DNA of 64,000 nucleotides from Escherichia coli 042 (GTDB lineage Bacteria; Pseudomonadota; Gammaproteobacteria; Enterobacterales; Enterobacteriaceae): NCBI RefSeq assembly GCF_000027125.1, contig NC_017626.1; one strand, 5' to 3'. Shown piece by piece: positions 56,737 to 64,000 of this stretch (position 1 is its first letter; each line of letters starts with the position of its first letter). The notes under the pieces were generated by a model. It saw only the letters and a program-made list of their open reading frames with translations, ran no database searches and was not told where the DNA came from. The position numbers and the translations under genes were made by a program.

Positions 56737-57750
56737 CTATCGGTCTTTTAGTCTTTTGAACACTTCTAGGGTTTCTGGATCGTTCAGGCGTTCTTCAAGT
56801 GATTTACTTTTCTCACCCAAGAAACGTTCAAAGTCTCCTTCAGGTACAGCTCGCACATATGCTTCCAGTTTTTCATGTAAAGCATCGCGAAAACATAAGT
56901 CTCGGCTTGCCATTTTCGTTCGCACATCAACCAACATTGGTTCATATAGAGGATGTTTTTCCATAGTGGTTAATATGGCTTCAGCTTCTTTGTATGTGAG
57001 TTTCCTACCTATCTGGAGTGACTTTTGTTTTATCTCATGAGCCAAACCAGCTTCGAAACTGGCAATCAGCGTCAACACTTCAGAGTACATAGTGTCACGT
57101 ATTTTATCGTGCTGATGGAGTTTTAATACGCTTCTGTACTCATTGGCATTTTCATGGAAAATGCTTTGATAAATCGCATTTGTTAGTTTTCCAAACTTCC
57201 AGCCATTGGCATCAACATATTCATTGAGGGCGTCAGTAAATTGCTTTCTGTAACTCTCTTCTTTAAAGGAGGCAACTAAGTAATCTTCGTCACGTTGGTT
57301 GATGAATTTCGTGTGACCACCGGCTCGTTCAGCAAGCGTATCAATCACTATATCTAACAGTCTAGTGCGAATTATTTTGGCTTGCTCGCTTTCGACAAGT
57401 AGCATTGCAAGGTTTAATACGGCTCTAAACTTAAACACTCCCAGCACTGAAGTCTTGGTACCCTCATTAATGAGGGCACCATCAGCTACTTCCTTGAATT
57501 CTTTTAGATTTTTACCTCTCAAAATGATGTAGCCATTGTTCTTCAGCTCATCCAAGTTGTTAGCTATATACCTCTCAATGGTCGCATCACTTACATCAAA
57601 CAGATCTACCAGTTGATTCTTGGTAAAAACTCTTTCTCCATCGAACTCAACTCCGCCAAGAGCAAGGTGTTTTTCAGCATGTCGGAGTGCATAAGAGTTA
57701 TTCAAAATATTTTGTCTGTCATGAGCAGAGGTTGTTAAATCTTTAGCCAT
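56737..57750 (-). CDS. RhuM-family-like protein, upstream partner of the Doc-like gene
   Basis: 338 aa from MAKDLTTSAHDRQ with an AGGTG Shine-Dalgarno; 8 bp from the Doc-like gene; family assignment from memory. Confidence 0.55.
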   Translation of the reverse strand: MAKDLTTSAHDRQNILNNSYALRHAEKHLALGGVEFDGERVFTKNQLVDLFDVSDATIERYIANNLDELKNNGYIILRGKNLKEFKEVADGALINEGTKTSVLGVFKFRAVLNLAMLLVESEQAKIIRTRLLDIVIDTLAERAGGHTKFINQRDEDYLVASFKEESYRKQFTDALNEYVDANGWKFGKLTNAIYQSIFHENANEYRSVLKLHQHDKIRDTMYSEVLTLIASFEAGLAHEIKQKSLQIGRKLTYKEAEAILTTMEKHPLYEPMLVDVRTKMASRDLCFRDALHEKLEAYVRAVPEGDFERFLGEKSKSLEERLNDPETLEVFKRLKDR

Positions 57751-57958
57751 GTTAACACCTATAAAGACGCAATAACGTGTATACGATAACATTGTTAATG
57801 CCAGTATGGGTAAGTGAACTTTTAGTCTGATTCATGCTGGTTTAGGATGGGGGTCTGAAAAACCGAATCTGGTACTATAACTATCTACATACCGACAATT
57901 TCTTACTGAGCAAACAGTGCTCGATAAATGCTCAATGATTGATAGCACCAGAAAAAAC

Positions 57959-57982
57959 CGTGTACATAAGGGTGTACATAAT
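57959..57982. repeat. Right direct repeat (attR core)
   Basis: CGTGTACATAAGGGTGTACATAAT, matches the left repeat at 22 of 24 positions. Confidence 0.75.
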
Positions 57983-58278
57983 CAAAAATCGCATTAGCAA
58001 GAAACCAGCCACAATGCGGCATTGAAGCCAATACTCTACAAACAGATCCAAGAATAACTCGTAACGCCAATTCTTCCTTTTCAGCCTTCACAAATGCCGC
58101 CCACTCAAACAGAGCGGCATTTTTCCTCCCCGCAACATTCAATTCTGTTTTGCGTGCCTGCTCCAGATTTTGCGATGTTTTTTTGCCCAGCGCAGTGAGA
58201 ACGTGAGATACTTACAACTGTATATAAACACAGTTGTAGACTTACTTTCCTTGCAATCGATATCACATGGAGTGGGCA

Positions 58279-59103
58279 ATGAACGAACATCATCAACCTT
58301 TTGAAGAGATAAAGCTGATTAATGCAAACGGAGCAGAACAATGGTCAGCAAGACAACTTGGAAAACTACTGGGTTATTCAGAGTATCGTCACTTTATACC
58401 TGTATTAACGCGCGCCAAAGAAGCTTGTCTGAATAGTGGTCACACAATTGATGACCATTTCGAGGAGATCCTCGATATGGTCAAAATTGGCTCAAATGCC
58501 AAAAGAGCATTAAAAGACATCGTACTCTCCCGCTATGCCTGTTACCTGGTAGTACAAAACGGCGACCCTGCGAAACCGGTTATTGCGGCAGGACAAACTT
58601 ATTTTGCTATCCAGACCCGACGGCAGGAGCTGGCTGACGATGAAGCTTTCAGGCAACTTCGTGAAGACGAAAAGCGTCTTTTTCTGAGAAATGAGTTGAA
58701 AGAACATAACAAACAATTAGTTGAGGCAGCGCAGCAAGCTGGGGTAGCGACAGCTATCGATTTCGCCATATTTCAGAATCATGGTTACCGGGGACTGTAT
58801 GGTGGATTAGATCAGAAAGCCATCCATCAGCGGAAGGGGCTGAAAAAGAGTCAGAAGATCCTGGATCATATGGGTTCAATAGAACTGGCGGCTAATCTCT
58901 TTCGAGCTACCCAAACAGAAGAAAAACTCAAGCGGGATGGCGTGAATTCAAAACAGCAAGCTAATACCACACACTTTGACGTGGGTAGCAAGGTGAGGCA
59001 AACCATTCAGGAACTTGGCGGAACCATGCCTGAGGAGTTGCCGACCCCGCAGGTCAGCATCAAGCAGTTGGAAAACAGTGTAAAAATTACAGAGAAGAAA
59101 TAG
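58279..59103 (+). CDS. dinD: DNA damage-inducible protein D
   Basis: 274 aa from MNEHHQPFEEIKLINANGAEQWSARQLGKLLGY. Confidence 0.9.
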   Translation: MNEHHQPFEEIKLINANGAEQWSARQLGKLLGYSEYRHFIPVLTRAKEACLNSGHTIDDHFEEILDMVKIGSNAKRALKDIVLSRYACYLVVQNGDPAKPVIAAGQTYFAIQTRRQELADDEAFRQLREDEKRLFLRNELKEHNKQLVEAAQQAGVATAIDFAIFQNHGYRGLYGGLDQKAIHQRKGLKKSQKILDHMGSIELAANLFRATQTEEKLKRDGVNSKQQANTTHFDVGSKVRQTIQELGGTMPEELPTPQVSIKQLENSVKITEKK

Positions 59104-59393
59104 CAGAAACTAAAAACTCTTTTGTTGATTGAGATACCCGATGCGTAAGCCAAAGTCCAGGTGCGGTGAACACAATGGCTAAACATTGCACCTTTCTTTT
59201 CCACCCCTCAATTTTAACCTATTTTTTCTTATGCATTTTCTCAGACAAGAAGTCAGAAGAATGCATCTACGCTACAGAAAATAGCGATTTCACATAACTA
59301 CAAGTTATCAATTTCCTCTCACCTTAAAAAATCTCAATCGTGACAATACGCACAAATCGCTACCCTGCCAGACAGATTTTTAGGGAGAGAACC

Positions 59394-61782
<2,389 letters not shown>

Positions 61783-61783
61783 G

Positions 61784-62571
<788 letters not shown>

Positions 62572-62625
62572 ACCTGATTTCAGTATCATGCCCAGTCATT
62601 TCTTCACCTGTGGAGCTTTTTAAGT

Positions 62626-62901
62626 ATGGCACGCGTAACTGTTCAGGACGCTGTAGAGAAAATTGGTAACCGTTTTGACCTGGTACTGGTCGCCGCGCGT
62701 CGCGCTCGTCAGATGCAGGTAGGCGGAAAGGATCCGCTGGTACCGGAAGAAAACGATAAAACCACTGTAATCGCGCTGCGCGAAATCGAAGAAGGTCTGA
62801 TCAACAACCAGATCCTCGACGTTCGCGAACGCCAGGAACAGCAAGAGCAGGAAGCCGCTGAATTACAAGCCGTTACCGCTATTGCTGAAGGTCGTCGTTA
62901 A
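62626..62901 (+). CDS. rpoZ: RNA polymerase omega subunit
   Basis: 91 aa, [31 protein letters not shown]. Confidence 0.95.
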
Positions 62902-62919
62902 TCACAAAGCGGGTCGCCC

Positions 62920-64000
62920 TTGTATCTGTTTGAAAGCCTGAATCAACTGATTCAAACCTACCTGCCGGAAGACCAAATCAAGCGTCTGCGGCAGGCGTAT
63001 CTCGTTGCACGTGATGCTCACGAGGGGCAAACACGTTCAAGCGGTGAACCCTATATCACGCACCCGGTGGCGGTTGCCTGCATTCTGGCCGAGATGAAAC
63101 TCGACTATGAAACGCTAATGGCGGCACTGCTGCATGACGTGATTGAAGATACTCCCGCCACCTACCAGGACATGGAACAGCTTTTTGGTAAAAGCGTCGC
63201 CGAGCTGGTAGAGGGGGTGTCGAAACTTGATAAGCTCAAGTTCCGCGATAAGAAAGAGGCGCAGGCCGAAAACTTTCGCAAGATGATTATGGCGATGGTG
63301 CAGGATATCCGCGTCATTCTCATCAAACTTGCCGACCGTACCCACAACATGCGCACACTGGGCTCACTTCGCCCGGACAAACGTCGCCGCATCGCCCGTG
63401 AAACACTCGAAATTTACAGCCCGCTGGCGCACCGTTTAGGTATCCACCACATTAAAACCGAACTCGAAGAGCTGGGTTTTGAGGCGCTGTATCCCAACCG
63501 TTATCGCGTAATCAAAGAAGTGGTGAAAGCCGCGCGCGGCAACCGTAAAGAGATGATCCAGAAGATTCTTTCTGAAATCGAAGGGCGTTTGCAGGAAGCG
63601 GGAATACCGTGCCGCGTCAGTGGTCGCGAAAAGCATCTTTATTCGATCTACTGCAAAATGGTGCTCAAAGAGCAGCGTTTTCACTCAATCATGGACATCT
63701 ACGCCTTCCGCGTGATCGTCAATGATTCCGACACCTGTTATCGCGTGCTCGGGCAAATGCATAGCCTGTACAAGCCGCGTCCGGGTCGCGTGAAAGACTA
63801 CATCGCCATTCCAAAAGCGAACGGCTATCAGTCTTTGCACACCTCGATGATTGGCCCGCACGGCGTGCCGGTTGAGGTCCAGATCCGTACCGAAGATATG
63901 GATCAGATGGCAGAGATGGGTGTTGCCGCGCACTGGGCTTATAAAGAGCACGGCGAAACCAGTACTACCGCACAAATCCGCGCCCAGCGCTGGATGCAAA
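62920..64000 (+). CDS. spoT: (p)ppGpp synthetase/hydrolase SpoT, 5' part (3' end lies outside the window)
   Basis: TTG start at 62920 gives LYLFESLNQLIQTYLPEDQIKRLRQAYLVARDAHEGQTRSSGEPYITHPVAVA with the HD-domain motif; absent from the ORF track. Confidence 0.9.
   Translation, partial: MYLFESLNQLIQTYLPEDQIKRLRQAYLVARDAHEGQTRSSGEPYITHPVAVACILAEMKLDYETLMAALLHDVIEDTPATYQDMEQLFGKSVAELVEGVSKLDKLKFRDKKEAQAENFRKMIMAMVQDIRVILIKLADRTHNMRTLGSLRPDKRRRIARETLEIYSPLAHRLGIHHIKTELEELGFEALYPNRYRVIKEVVKAARGNRKEMIQKILSEIEGRLQEAGIPCRVSGREKHLYSIYCKMVLKEQRFHSIMDIYAFRVIVNDSDTCYRVLGQMHSLYKPRPGRVKDYIAIPKANGYQSLHTSMIGPHGVPVEVQIRTEDMDQMAEMGVAAHWAYKEHGETSTTAQIRAQRWMQ

Larger units (their letters stand above)
38054..57982. 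mobile_element. Integrative island of about 19.9 kb, P4-integrase / AlpA / primase-helicase type, inserted between yicC and dinD
   Basis: Flanked by 24-bp direct repeats at 38054–38077 and 57959–57982; integrase at the left edge; yicC and dinD are adjacent in K-12 as I recall it. Confidence 0.8.

Noticed and set aside
38054-57982. Looked for a tRNA or tmRNA gene at either island boundary
   Set aside because: No tRNA-like sequence is evident next to either repeat; the island seems to use an intergenic att site.
63115-63999. Several minus-strand ORFs of 76 to 104 aa at the window end
   Set aside because: All are antisense to spoT, which reads cleanly on the plus strand from its TTG start.

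Overview
This window is an Escherichia coli-type chromosomal segment collinear with the K-12 lldPRD–waa–spoT region, read from the tail of a trimeric autotransporter adhesin gene to the start of spoT. All assignments come from reading the ORF translations and the DNA by eye; no database search or computation was run. The core genes are lldPRD, trmL, cysE, gpsA, secB, grxC, yibN, gpmM, envC, yibQ, waaH, tdh, kbl, htrL, hldD, waaFC, an outer-core waa set whose gene order looks like the R3 type rather than K-12, waaA, coaD, mutM, rpmBG, yicR, dfp, dut, slmA, pyrE, rph, yicC, then dinD, yicG, ligB, gmk, rpoZ and spoT. Between yicC and dinD sits a roughly 19.9 kb integrative island (38054–57982) bounded by a 24-bp imperfect direct repeat. 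It carries a P4-family tyrosine integrase, two AlpA-like regulators, an antirepressor-like gene, a run of translationally coupled small genes, a primase/helicase followed by an iteron cluster, a PerC-like regulator and a RhuM-like/Doc-like gene pair. The most interesting part is a tightly coupled five-gene cargo operon (48468–53304) whose sizes, order and composition recall the ejection-protein module of P22-like podoviruses (gp14/gp7/gp20/gp16), with no capsid or terminase genes present. That resemblance is from memory and unverified. The cargo is bracketed by two inverted copies of the iteron cluster. No tRNA, rRNA or CRISPR array was seen.
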